A stretch of DNA of 64,000 bases from a virus. Location of the stretch: the IMG/VR virus record IMGVR_UViG_3300037422_000262, one strand, 5' to 3'. Below, piece by piece: positions 1-8,880 of this stretch. A model generated the notes under the pieces. That model saw nothing but the letters and a program-made list of their open reading frames with translations, did no database searches and was not told the origin of the DNA. The position numbers were made by a program, and so were the translations under genes. The stretch's first letter is position 1. Each line of letters opens with the position of its first letter.

Positions 1-880
1 TCTTGTCCCAAATGTACGGTTTATCCGGCCGGGTGACGGACAATAACCCGGGCGAGTTTTCGCCGTAGGAATAGGCGTTATTGACTTTTTGCTGAAGGCC
101 CACCATCGACCAGGGCGGAGAGCAGCGGGGGTTATAGTGTTCGGCCATCAATTCCCAAGTCTTATCCGGGGTCAGCCCGAGATCTTTTCCTTTCGCCGCG
201 GCCTTGAACGCGCTCAGGTCGCCGTTATGGCCTTCGACCGCCGGGTCCGCGTTCATAAGGAATTTAATATAATTAGCGATATCAATGGGGTTATCCGCCA
301 TTACAGAGGCTGTTTCTTGGGCAGAAAGGGACCTGGGGCGCGTTAACAGGGCCAATAACGTGTCAGGGCATGGCGCGAGCTTGGACGGGCTCCCGGCGTG
401 GAATGTGTAGCCTTTTCCTTGTGCCTCGAGCCACGATCCCCCGGCCATGATGTATTTGTCTTTAAATTCCAACCCGGGGTAGTCTTTGAGGGTTGAGCGG
501 ATAAAAATATCCGGGGGTTTAGTGAAATAAAAATGATATCCGCCGGAGGGGGTCTTAACGGTGAATGTTTCGCGGTCTTTGGGGTTAAGTTTAAGGAAAC
601 CCCATAACCGGGCCAGGGGTTTGTCCCCGAGGGTGAAATTTTTGACGTCAACATCAATAACGAGGCGGTCAGGTTTAAGGATAGCGCCGTAATTGCGTTC
701 CTCCAGCGCCATAAGAGGGTCATGGGGTGTATCCGGGAACCCTTTAAAAGCCGGGAATTTGGTCCAGCCTTTGCAGGGGAAGAGGGGGAAACCGGCCGCC
801 AGGTACGCTTTAAATAGGGCTTGGTCCGTTTTCGCCGTCTGTGCCGCTCTTTCGCCGGGTGTTTTGGGGGCGGTTGGCAT
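1..880 (-). CDS. 5' part of Prim-Pol/VirE primase-helicase (truncated by window edge; full copy at 40439-42556)
   Basis: Sequence equals 41677-42556 apart from one synonymous change. Confidence 0.9.
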   Translation of the reverse strand, partial: MPTAPKTPGERAAQTAKTDQALFKAYLAAGFPLFPCKGWTKFPAFKGFPDTPHDPLMALEERNYGAILKPDRLVIDVDVKNFTLGDKPLARLWGFLKLNPKDRETFTVKTPSGGYHFYFTKPPDIFIRSTLKDYPGLEFKDKYIMAGGSWLEAQGKGYTFHAGSPSKLAPCPDTLLALLTRPRSLSAQETASVMADNPIDIANYIKFLMNADPAVEGHNGDLSAFKAAAKGKDLGLTPDKTWELMAEHYNPRCSPPWSMVGLQQKVNNAYSYGENSPGLLSVTRPDKPYIWDK

Positions 881-1289
881 AATGCAAACTTTTTTCTTTT
901 AAATATTCCTGAATGGACCGCGTATCAATAAAAATTTGCCCCAGGGTGTTACAGTAAGCTTTGATCCGGCCGGATTTGATCAGGGTTTTGACTCGCGCCG
1001 GGCCGACTTTTAAGAACCCCGCGGCTGCCCTGAGATCCGCTGATGTTTTAAGGACGCCGGGCGGCTGGTCCTCCATAAGAGGAAGGTTTTTCCGTTTCGC
1101 GTGAAAATATTTTATATCGTTCTTGGAATACCGGAGGCCGCCGTCCCCGTCCGTTTCCGGGCCGCGTCCATAGTATTTTTTGACCTTATGCCGGCGGGCC
1201 AAGTGGGAGAACCCCGACGGGGAGAGGTTAAGCGCGCGGCGCGCTTCGCTGAAAGGGATGAAATCGGCCGGGGCGGGGTGTGTGTTCAT
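810..1289 (-). CDS. Tandem helix-turn-helix (excisionase/MerR-like) DNA-binding protein
   Basis: Two HTH-like segments, IPFSEARRALNLSPSGFSHLARRH and LRAAAGFLKVGPARVKTLIKSGRIKAY; consensus promoter directly upstream. Confidence 0.65.
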   Translation of the reverse strand: MNTHPAPADFIPFSEARRALNLSPSGFSHLARRHKVKKYYGRGPETDGDGGLRYSKNDIKYFHAKRKNLPLMEDQPPGVLKTSADLRAAAGFLKVGPARVKTLIKSGRIKAYCNTLGQIFIDTRSIQEYLKEKSLHYANRPQNTRRKSGTDGENGPSPI

Positions 1290-1300
1290 AATAATGGGTT

Positions 1301-1329
1301 ATGGTAACCCGGTAAGTAAGGGTTGTCAA
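1301..1329 (-). promoter_or_regulatory. sigma70-type promoter TTGACA-17-TACCAT
   Basis: Read on - strand: -35 at 1324-1329, -10 at 1301-1306, ATG of the HTH gene 11 nt downstream. Confidence 0.75.
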
Positions 1330-1355
1330 GAAGATATTTTTTTTATCCGCGCGCG

Positions 1356-1640
1356 TTATACACTTTGATATTCATATTTGCGGCTTAACTTACAGTTCCG
1401 GGTAAAGACTTCATAGCGCGCAGTATTAATCCTTTCTTTCAGACAGACGGCCGGATCAGTTCCGTTTTTTGCCTCCGTTAATTCAGCATCTTTTGTTATA
1501 TCGCCATCAATGCGGACGGCATATTTTGTTTTCCCGGTGATCCGCCCTTCTTTGTGCCCGTCGGGGCATTTGACGAACGCATCGAATAAGCATTTTGCTC
1601 CGCCGTCTGTTTCGTGACAGTACAGTCCGGCAGGTTTCAT
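1356..1640 (-). CDS. Hypothetical early protein (94 aa)
   Basis: ORF starts in an ATGA overlap with the stop of the upstream reading frame. Confidence 0.6.
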   Translation of the reverse strand: MKPAGLYCHETDGGAKCLFDAFVKCPDGHKEGRITGKTKYAVRIDGDITKDAELTEAKNGTDPAVCLKERINTARYEVFTRNCKLSRKYEYQSV

Positions 1641-2113
1641 CCCATTACCATCCCTTCCGCTGTTTTTAAGTTTTTCTTATGTTCCCTGATAAAATACTCC
1701 GCTTGGGCCCGCGCTTCTTTTTTGGCCGCGAAAACAAGGCCTAATCGGGAAACGTCCCATTGCCGATCAGGGAAATTGCCTTCATGCGACAGGGCCAAAT
1801 AAACGCCGGAGTGAATATACGCTTCCAGCCCGAATATACGGTATTTTTTAATATAGCCGAGCGCTTCGGCTGCTTTTTCGCCTTATCTCGGATCAATGCC
1901 TCTGTCAGCGATCGTTTGGGCCAAGCGTTGAGATATCCCGGGGACGGGTTTTCCGTCAACGTGCTTCCCGCGATCAACGGTGAAATCGGGGCGAAAGGCC
2001 GCGAGAAAGATATTGTTATCTTGCCGGTCTTCCGGGGACCCATAATCTACGTCTTGACAGACATTTATAGTCAAATGTTCTTTCGTTTCGGTGCGGATCG
2101 GTTCGTTTTTCGC
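1637..2113 (-). pseudogene. Early hypothetical gene interrupted by an in-frame TAA (1883-1885) and lacking a clear ATG
   Basis: One frame is open 2143-1886 (KNEPIRTETKEHLTINVCQDVDYGSPEDRQDN...) and again 1882-1637 (GEKAAEALGYIKKYRIFGLEAYIHSG...WDVSRLGLVF...). It ends in an ATGA overlap with the next gene. Confidence 0.5.
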
Positions 2114-2292
2114 CGGATTATCGCCTTTCCCTCTCTTATAGGTTTATAAATGTCTTTTATCCCTGTCTTAACGCTGCGCCTTAATGGGGACGTATACAGA
2201 CCACTCCAAACATTTTGTCCCGTTTCAGTTTTATGCGCTTTAAGTAAAGCTTCTTCCCAGCCAACACATAAGATTATAATCGGTTTTTGCAT
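2071..2292 (-). CDS. First early gene, hypothetical (73 aa, MQKPIIILCVGW...)
   Basis: Start re-assigned to ATG 2292, which has SD AAAGGA and a strong promoter upstream. Confidence 0.55.
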   Translation of the reverse strand: MQKPIIILCVGWEEALLKAHKTETGQNVWSGLYTSPLRRSVKTGIKDIYKPIREGKAIIRRKTNRSAPKRKNI

Positions 2293-2332
2293 AGTCAGTT
2301 TTTCCTTTCTGTTTTTAATTGTCATTTTTAAT

Positions 2333-2361
2333 AGTATGCCATGAGAAACGGATATTGTCAA
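2333..2361 (-). promoter_or_regulatory. Early promoter TTGACA-17-(TGn)CATACT
   Basis: -35 at 2356-2361 and -10 at 2333-2338 with an extended TG, on the - strand. Confidence 0.8.
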
Positions 2362-2423
2362 ATAATTTAATATGAGCCTGTTTTGGGTGTTCTCTGGTAG
2401 ACCAGGAAGCGAAAAAAACGGAC

Positions 2424-2640
2424 TAGAACGGCGTTCTATTGGAACAGAGAGAGTATAATAGGGTAGGAACACTAAATTAATTATTTTATATTGACGTTCA
2501 TAGTATTGTTCCTATGTTCTATAGTATATTATAATAATTAGATAGCATATATTATGTTAAGTATATGTGTGTAGGGAAAAATATAGTACAGTTATATAGG
2601 AAAAGGCCTGTTTTCCGTGGAACAAAGGAACACCCTATTT
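2424..2640. other. AT-rich non-coding region with GGAACA/TGTTCC repeats; candidate replication origin
   Basis: GGAACA at 2441, 2466, 2619, 2627; TGTTCC/TGTTCT at 2507, 2515; AT-rich core 2521-2598; flanking inverted repeat AATAGGGT (2457)/ACCCTATT (2632). Confidence 0.45.
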
Positions 2641-2802
2641 TTGCCTTTTTGGGGTTTTGCTTAAATTTATAATTCCACATTAATTTATTTATCAATTAAT
2701 TTTTGACCCCATATTAATTTATTTGACAATGCTATTCCTGGCCGCGGTGCCGGTGAGGATCTTTAATTTTTAGCACCCCCACCCCCTCACTTTTTGAACC
2801 CC

Positions 2803-2833
2803 GGCCGCGACCGTTAACCGGGCGGCCCTTTTT
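2803..2833 (+). terminator. GC-rich hairpin followed by T5; possible intrinsic terminator
   Basis: GGCCGC-GA-CCG-TTAAC-CGG-GCGGCC-C-TTTTT. Confidence 0.45.
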
Positions 2834-2904
2834 ATATATTTCCTCCCCCACCAATTTTTCTTGCCGCGTCCCCCACACCCCCCATTAAAAAAATTTCCCT
2901 CATT

Positions 2905-2925
2905 AAAAAAAAAAAAAAAAAAAAA
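2905..2925 (+). repeat. A21 homopolymer upstream of the late promoter
   Basis: 21 consecutive A, same length in both copies (44581-44601). Confidence 0.9.
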
Positions 2926-2940
2926 TTCCCATAATTCCCC

Positions 2941-2969
2941 TTGACACCTGTCTGCCGTACCCCCTATAA
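2941..2969 (+). promoter_or_regulatory. Perfect-consensus sigma70 promoter TTGACA-17-TATAAT driving the late arm
   Basis: ttgaca cctgtctgccgtacccc tataat; SD AAAGGA before ATG 3014. Confidence 0.9.
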
Positions 2970-3013
2970 TTAAACCATAGAATATATTAACCGGAAAAAA
3001 AAAGGAAAAGACT

Positions 3014-3691
3014 ATGTTAGGATATGAAGTCACAGTGGAAGGGGAATACATCGCGAGGTCGCCTCTGGTCACAGGGGAAAAAATTTTAAAAAATTACTCC
3101 ATCACCGTGAACCTCCCGACGATGAAAAACGCTTTATCCGTCGTAAAAAACCGCCTTTTAGAAACAGCCCTTAAACAAACCTATTCTGATTACCTCTCTT
3201 GGCGGACCCACGTGATCACAAAGGTCACGCCCAAAGATGAAGCTTCCGCTTTGGCTTTCAAGAATGTCGACGTTCAGTATATGGACCGGGACGGTTTGCT
3301 GTCCTACATCGCCGCTAACGCTCTCGGGGTCGATCACACCCTTTTTCCCGATCTGTCAAAGCTCCGCGACGCGGTGATCCGCGCGAAAGAGGACCCGGCG
3401 GGGTTCGCGAAGAAGATGGAGCGCCACCGGGGGGAGCTGGAGACCGACCGGGCCATCGCCGCGGCCAATCCAAAATATTTTAAATCCGTCAGCCTTCAGG
3501 GGAAAAAGAGCAATGAGCCTCTTATTCAAGGATCCTATCCCCGCCCGAAGGAGGGTACCATCGGGGGTTCTGTCCCTGGGCGTGACCTGTCCCCCGAGGC
3601 CATGGCTGAAAAAACCGAGAACCGCGTGGCCGGCCTGGCCCGGGAAATGATCAAAGAGGGCGAACTTGAAGCTTCCGGCGAAGAATTATAA
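3014..3691 (+). CDS. Hypothetical protein, first gene of the late arm (225 aa)
   Basis: Long ORF with SD, directly behind the consensus promoter. Confidence 0.8.
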   Translation: MLGYEVTVEGEYIARSPLVTGEKILKNYSITVNLPTMKNALSVVKNRLLETALKQTYSDYLSWRTHVITKVTPKDEASALAFKNVDVQYMDRDGLLSYIAANALGVDHTLFPDLSKLRDAVIRAKEDPAGFAKKMERHRGELETDRAIAAANPKYFKSVSLQGKKSNEPLIQGSYPRPKEGTIGGSVPGRDLSPEAMAEKTENRVAGLAREMIKEGELEASGEEL

Positions 3692-4103
3692 GCCCCCCGT
3701 CCCTTGCGGCCATGAGGACCCGGCCCCGGGGCATTACGCGTCCAAACTCGAATGGGTGAACGGCGTCCCTCAAGTGATCGCCGTGCCTATCGAAGCAAAA
3801 CCTTTTAAGTCAAAAACCTCTCAAGTCACGCTGAAAGCTTTGATGGTGGAGGCGCTGAACCTCCCTTACGCGGGGCCGAACCCCGCTTATGCCGGATTGA
3901 CCAAAGGCGAAGCGTTCGTCATTGATCTTGTTGATCAAGCGTCCCGCGGGGATGAAGACGCCCGTAAAGAGCTGCTCGACCGTATTCTTGGCCGTCCGGA
4001 GCAGAAGACCAAATCCCTGAAAGTAGAGGCTTCTTTGGAAGATTTTCTGGAACAGATCGATCGGGAAGAATCTAAATTCGCGCCTCCTGATGAGGAATTA
4101 TAA
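3666..4103 (+). CDS. Probable terminase small subunit (TTG start)
   Basis: Lies immediately before TerL; C-terminal motif ASRGDEDARKELLDRILGRPEQ resembles phage TerS-like proteins. Confidence 0.55.
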   Translation: MKLPAKNYKPPVPCGHEDPAPGHYASKLEWVNGVPQVIAVPIEAKPFKSKTSQVTLKALMVEALNLPYAGPNPAYAGLTKGEAFVIDLVDQASRGDEDARKELLDRILGRPEQKTKSLKVEASLEDFLEQIDREESKFAPPDEEL

Positions 4104-5710
4104 TGTCATCTGATCCTTTAGCGGATAAACGCAAACAGGAACGCCTCAAAGAACTTCTTTTTAAGCTCCCCTTTTACGCCAGGCATAATTTAAAAATTCG
4201 TGATAAAGTCGGGTTATCCGTCCCCCTGACATTTAACAGGGCTCAGGAACACATCCAGGCCCGCTTAGAGGAGCAATTACGGGTCGCGGGGCGCGTACGT
4301 GCCATAATTTTAAAAGGCCGGCAAATGGGCTCTACAACGCTCGTGGCGGCCCGTTATTATCACAAGGCCGTGACGGTCCCGGGCACTTCGACCTTTATTC
4401 TGTCCCACGAAGCCAAGACGACGGAGAAGCTTTTCGATATCGTCAAACGCTTCTATCAGTTCTCCCACCCTTCTCTGGCCCCGTCCTTGGGTTCCGCCAA
4501 CAAGAACCAGCTGAAATTCGACGGTTTAAGCTCGGAATACACCGTCGGGACCGCGGGGAACGAAGAAGTCGGCCGGGGATTCACGATCAAACTTCTGCAT
4601 TTATCCGAAGCCGCCTCATATGAGCGCACCGACGAACTCGAGACCGGATTATTGCAGGCCGTCGCCGACCTGCCCGGCACCGAGATCATCATTGAATCGA
4701 CCGCTAAGGGCATGAACAATATGTTCTACCGTAAGTGTATGGGCGCGATGAACGGCAAAAACGAGTATCAGCTCATCTTCGTCCCCTGGTTCTGGCAAGA
4801 AGACTACCGTTCGGCGCCCCCGGAGGGGTTCATTCCAACCTCCGAAGAGCTGCAATTAAAAAGCTTATATCAATTAGACAACGCGCAGCTGTACTGGCGG
4901 CGGAGAAAGATCGAATCCCTGGGGGACCTGTGGAAGTTCCAGCAAGAATTTCCATGCCACCCGATGGAAGCTTTTGTGACGAGCTCGGAGTCGTTCCTCT
5001 CTTCGCAATTGCTGATGGAGGCGCGCAAACGCCCGGCGCGCCCGTCCATGCTGCCGAAGATCTGCGGTATGGATCCCGCGCGCACGAGCGACAGAATAGC
5101 TATCACCTGCCGCCAGGGGAGGTCTATCCTTTGGTGGAAGAAGATCGACCCCAAAGACATGCCCCCGGACCCTTCGGTTTGCCTGGCGAACCTTGTCATG
5201 CGTACGATCGACCGCGAACAGATAGACAAATTCTTTATTGATGTGGCGCAAGGGTACGGTATTATTGATATATGCCGCGCGAGCGGCTATCAGAAAATCG
5301 TCCAGGGGGTCCACTTCGGGCAAGTCGATGATGACAGATTTCTAAATAAGCGGGCTGAAATGGCCTTTAACGCCCGCGCTTGGCTGGAGGAAGGGGAAGC
5401 GTCCATCCCCGACGATGATGAATTCTTCGCCGATCTGCTGTCCATGCCTATGTACCAACAGTCACCGTCGGGGAAGATATTTTTCCCCGCGAAAGCTCAG
5501 ATAAAAAAAGACTTCGGCCGTTCTCCGGACGCTTTTGATTCTTTCATATTAACGTTTGCATTTCCCGTGCATTCTGATATTATTAAAATGAACAAAGCGC
5601 GGGCTGTCAATAACAGGGCGAAACGCCCGTCGGAGCTGGTGACGCTGAACCGCATCAGGCAAGACAGGGGGCAAAATAAGCCCGCGGTAAAGATCATGGC
5701 GGATTTTTAA
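4103..5710 (+). CDS. terL: Terminase large subunit
   Basis: Walker A LKGRQMGSTT, Walker B LLHLSEAA, IIIESTAKG coupling motif, nuclease ICGMDPA...D and SPDAFDS. Confidence 0.93.
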   Translation: MSSDPLADKRKQERLKELLFKLPFYARHNLKIRDKVGLSVPLTFNRAQEHIQARLEEQLRVAGRVRAIILKGRQMGSTTLVAARYYHKAVTVPGTSTFILSHEAKTTEKLFDIVKRFYQFSHPSLAPSLGSANKNQLKFDGLSSEYTVGTAGNEEVGRGFTIKLLHLSEAASYERTDELETGLLQAVADLPGTEIIIESTAKGMNNMFYRKCMGAMNGKNEYQLIFVPWFWQEDYRSAPPEGFIPTSEELQLKSLYQLDNAQLYWRRRKIESLGDLWKFQQEFPCHPMEAFVTSSESFLSSQLLMEARKRPARPSMLPKICGMDPARTSDRIAITCRQGRSILWWKKIDPKDMPPDPSVCLANLVMRTIDREQIDKFFIDVAQGYGIIDICRASGYQKIVQGVHFGQVDDDRFLNKRAEMAFNARAWLEEGEASIPDDDEFFADLLSMPMYQQSPSGKIFFPAKAQIKKDFGRSPDAFDSFILTFAFPVHSDIIKMNKARAVNNRAKRPSELVTLNRIRQDRGQNKPAVKIMADF

Positions 5711-5725
5711 ACCTGGAGGTTTTAT

Positions 5726-5932
5726 ATGGCTGCTATTTTCAGTTCTCTTTTCGGGGGAGGGCAAAAAGAAGCGGCGCCTATGGCCGCGCCCGCCGCGCCG
5801 CCTGCCGCCGAAAAAGAAAAGACGGCGGAGGACGCCAAGAAAAAAGCCCGCGCCTATCTCGGTTCTCTGGAGCCGTCGAAAGGTTTTTCCGGAAATAAAT
5901 TAACAGCCAAATCGTTTTTGCTCTCATACTGA
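5726..5932 (+). CDS. Small Ala/Pro/Lys-rich virion-associated protein preceding the portal
   Basis: SD GGAGG; TGATG coupling to the portal; usual position in BPP-1/T7-like head modules. Confidence 0.65.
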   Translation: MAAIFSSLFGGGQKEAAPMAAPAAPPAAEKEKTAEDAKKKARAYLGSLEPSKGFSGNKLTAKSFLLSY

Positions 5933-7665
5933 TGGCGGCCCTTCCCAACAAAGTTCAGATCATTAAGACACGCTATCAGGCCGCCTACAAGATCAAAGAA
6001 TATTGGATGACGATCTGGCAGCTTGTCGGCGAATACGTGATGACCCGCAAGCAGAATTTTTTGACGACGAACTTGCCCGGTGAATTTCTGACCGAGCAGC
6101 TGTTCTCTTCCGCCGCCCCTGAAGCGAACCGCACGATGGCTTCCGCGATCGTCGGTAATATGTGGCCCAACGGCGGGAGGTCTTTTAAGATCACCCGGCC
6201 CCGCAACATTTCCGATTCCCAGGATGTTAAGGATTATTACGAAACGATCACGGACGTTCTCTCCGGTTACATGGACCAGCCTGAAGCGGGCCTAGCGAGG
6301 TCGCTGTCTGAATACATGCTTGACCAGGGGGCTTTTGGTATCTCCGGCGTTCACGTTAAAAAGACCGGGGATTATTTTTCCCCTTTGAGATATAAAGCGA
6401 TCAACGTGAAACAGTTCACGATCGAGGAGAATAAGGACGGGGAGATCGACACGATCTTTATCGACGATAAACTGACCATCCGGCAGATCGTCGACGAATA
6501 CGGGATCGATCAGGTGAGCGAGAAGACGCGCAAACTTTACAATGAGGCGGGGGACCTTAACGCGGAAGTGCGCGTCCTGGTCCTTTTGGAGCCCAGGCGG
6601 GCCGGGCGTTACGGTTTCGGGAATAAAAATCTGCCCTTCGCTTCCATCCATATCGAATATGACGCGAATAAAATATTACGCGAAAGCGGATTTTCCCAAG
6701 CTCCCGCGATAGTCGCCCGTTTCCTCAAGGCCCTTGGTGAAACTTACGGCCGCAGCCCCGCTATGTTCGCCCTTCCCGCCATCCTCCGCCTTAACGTTGC
6801 TTGGGAACTGGTCATGCGCGCGGGCGAGAAGCAATTAAGCCCGCCTTTATATTTACTTGATAACGGGGCTTTGGGCGGGGGGACGGTAGATACGTCCTCC
6901 GGAGGGCTTACGGTCTTTAACACGACAGGGATGGGGGACAAAGCGCCTATCGGGCCTTTATATGATGTCGGTGACATGAGGCCGATGCTTGAGATCATCC
7001 AGCAGCTGATCGAGGACGTGTCGAAAGCTTTTTATATTGATAGACTGGTTGATCTTAATAATGAAACAAAAATGACCTTCGGTGAAGCTCAGATCCGCGA
7101 CCGCATCCGGGGAGAGGGGTTGAACTCTGTTTTCAGGATCCAGGAAGCTGAAATGTTTTCGCCTCTCATTAAAACATCATTTAATTTTTTATTAGAAGAG
7201 GGTTTATTGGGCGTGGCAAAAGGCTCGGAGCAGGAAAGAAATCTATTGGCGCGAGGATTGGCCCCGATCTATATTCCTCCGCCGGTCTTAAAAGCGATCC
7301 AGCAGGGCCAGAAAGTTTATGATATTAAATACATATCCCCGGCCTCGCGTATCATGCGTATGGAAGAATTCCAGGGGTTAACACAATCGCTTGATGTGAC
7401 TATGGCCTTGTCCGGAGTTTTGCCGGAGATAGTTGATTATTACGACCCCAAAGAGCTTGTCCGTAAATTGCACGAACTGACCGGAACGGATGAATCGGTC
7501 CTGCGCGCGACCGAGGTGGTCAAACAGATCCAGGCGTTACGGGCCGAGCAGGCCCAACAGGCGCGGCAGGTCCAGATGACGCAGATCGGAGCGGACGTAA
7601 ATATGAAGACCGCCCAAGCACAAAGTATGCAGCAAGGAGCAATAAGTGGACGCCCCCGGGGTTAA
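5932..7665 (+). CDS. Portal (T7/BPP-1-type head-tail connector)
   Basis: 577 aa after TerL; motifs GETYGRSPAMFALP and KMTFGEAQIR typical of the podovirus connector family. Confidence 0.9.
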   Translation: MAALPNKVQIIKTRYQAAYKIKEYWMTIWQLVGEYVMTRKQNFLTTNLPGEFLTEQLFSSAAPEANRTMASAIVGNMWPNGGRSFKITRPRNISDSQDVKDYYETITDVLSGYMDQPEAGLARSLSEYMLDQGAFGISGVHVKKTGDYFSPLRYKAINVKQFTIEENKDGEIDTIFIDDKLTIRQIVDEYGIDQVSEKTRKLYNEAGDLNAEVRVLVLLEPRRAGRYGFGNKNLPFASIHIEYDANKILRESGFSQAPAIVARFLKALGETYGRSPAMFALPAILRLNVAWELVMRAGEKQLSPPLYLLDNGALGGGTVDTSSGGLTVFNTTGMGDKAPIGPLYDVGDMRPMLEIIQQLIEDVSKAFYIDRLVDLNNETKMTFGEAQIRDRIRGEGLNSVFRIQEAEMFSPLIKTSFNFLLEEGLLGVAKGSEQERNLLARGLAPIYIPPPVLKAIQQGQKVYDIKYISPASRIMRMEEFQGLTQSLDVTMALSGVLPEIVDYYDPKELVRKLHELTGTDESVLRATEVVKQIQALRAEQAQQARQVQMTQIGADVNMKTAQAQSMQQGAISGRPRG

Positions 7666-7915
7666 GAAGCAATTAGAAGACCGTAACGCTCGCGTGGCCC
7701 AGGCTATCGCGGAAGTCGCTCAAACTCCGGCCGGGCAGATCATGTTCGCGGCTTTGGCAGAGCAGTGCTTTTTTTATAAATCAACGATCGCCGGGAATTT
7801 TCAGACGGGTGAGATAAATGTTTATGGGACTCTGTTTCAAGAGGCCCAGCGCCGGGTTTATCTCGATATTCGTCGGCATATCCCCAAAGACGTAAGAAAA
7901 CGTATCGAAAACTAA
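7646..7915 (+). CDS. Bbp19-like small protein (GTG start)
   Basis: Lies between portal and scaffold; F..P.G..MFAAL...C...ST...EAQRRVYLDI pattern. Confidence 0.6.
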   Translation: MDAPGVKKQLEDRNARVAQAIAEVAQTPAGQIMFAALAEQCFFYKSTIAGNFQTGEINVYGTLFQEAQRRVYLDIRRHIPKDVRKRIEN

Positions 7916-7931
7916 AACGAGGAGAAACAGT

Positions 7932-8840
7932 ATGTTCAAGATCAACCGCAGTCCCGACGCGCCCCCGGCAGGAGCCCCGCCGGCAACACCTCCGGCAGGA
8001 ACACCTCCCGCTTCTGTTCAGGTCAATCATCAAACACCCGGGGCGGTAACGCCTCCCGCGTACACCCCGCCCGCGATCAATATGGCTGAGGCTATCCCGC
8101 CGGAATTCCGGGATAAGCCTTTTTTTAAAGATATCACATTCGATAAACTGATCAAAGATTACGTGAACGCGCAAGAGCTGATCGGAAAACGTCCGAGCGT
8201 ATTGCCTCCGGCGGACGCGAAACCCGAACAGTTGGAAGCTTTCTTCGCGCAATTACGCCCCAAAGCCGCGACCGACTACACTTTCCCTGAGACGGATTAT
8301 ATGAAAAAGCACGGCGGGGATAAAGAATACCAAACGCACATGCGGCAAGTTTTTCATAAAGCCGGGCTCCATCCCTGGCAAGTCGAGATTCTATCCCGGG
8401 GGAACGACGAGTATTTAACAAAGTTTGCCGAGGGCCGGGAGAATAAAGACGCTCTATCAGAACAAGAATTCGATAGAGCGCTTGACGCGGCTTACGGCGC
8501 GGATAAACAGAAATCTTTAGAAACGGCTAAGAATTTGATGATCGAAAGCGTTCCCGCTGAAATGAAACCGAAGATCGCCGGGCTGTCCAATGACGCTCTT
8601 TTACTGTTAACGATGACCCTTAACGCAGTTCATAAAAAATATATCGCGGAGGATTCTTTTCCCGGAGGCCCGGGAGCCGGGTCCGGAGCAGGGGATGAGG
8701 CGTCGATCCGCAAACAGGCGACGGATCTTATGGCGTCGAAAGCTTACAATAATTTTATGGACCCGCAGCATGAAGCGGTCAAGAAACAGGTCGCAGATCT
8801 TTACACGCAGATCGGGCAAATACACAAGGCGAGAAAATAA
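7932..8840 (+). CDS. Capsid scaffolding protein
   Basis: Pro/Ala-rich N-terminus, helical body, C-terminal AYNNFMDPQHEAVKKQV motif, directly upstream of the MCP. Confidence 0.75.
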   Translation: MFKINRSPDAPPAGAPPATPPAGTPPASVQVNHQTPGAVTPPAYTPPAINMAEAIPPEFRDKPFFKDITFDKLIKDYVNAQELIGKRPSVLPPADAKPEQLEAFFAQLRPKAATDYTFPETDYMKKHGGDKEYQTHMRQVFHKAGLHPWQVEILSRGNDEYLTKFAEGRENKDALSEQEFDRALDAAYGADKQKSLETAKNLMIESVPAEMKPKIAGLSNDALLLLTMTLNAVHKKYIAEDSFPGGPGAGSGAGDEASIRKQATDLMASKAYNNFMDPQHEAVKKQVADLYTQIGQIHKARK

Positions 8841-8852
8841 TTTTAATTTTTG

Positions 8853-8880
8853 TTGACAAAAGTTTTTGTTAAATTAAAAT
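8853..8880 (+). promoter_or_regulatory. sigma70-type promoter TTGACA-16-TAAAAT for the capsid genes
   Basis: -35 at 8853-8858, -10 at 8875-8880, followed by a ~145-nt leader. Confidence 0.7.

Noticed and set aside
89-800. ORFs 89-346, 343-723 and 693-902 (and their copy-2 equivalents)
   Set aside because: They are shadow ORFs overlapping the primase gene on the opposite strand or in an alternative frame.
810-1289. Excisionase implying an integration module
   Set aside because: There is no integrase or att-like context in the complete unit, so it is treated as a generic HTH regulator.
2770-3072. 100-aa - strand ORF containing poly-Phe
   Set aside because: It arises from the A21 tract and the promoter region; low complexity and no SD.
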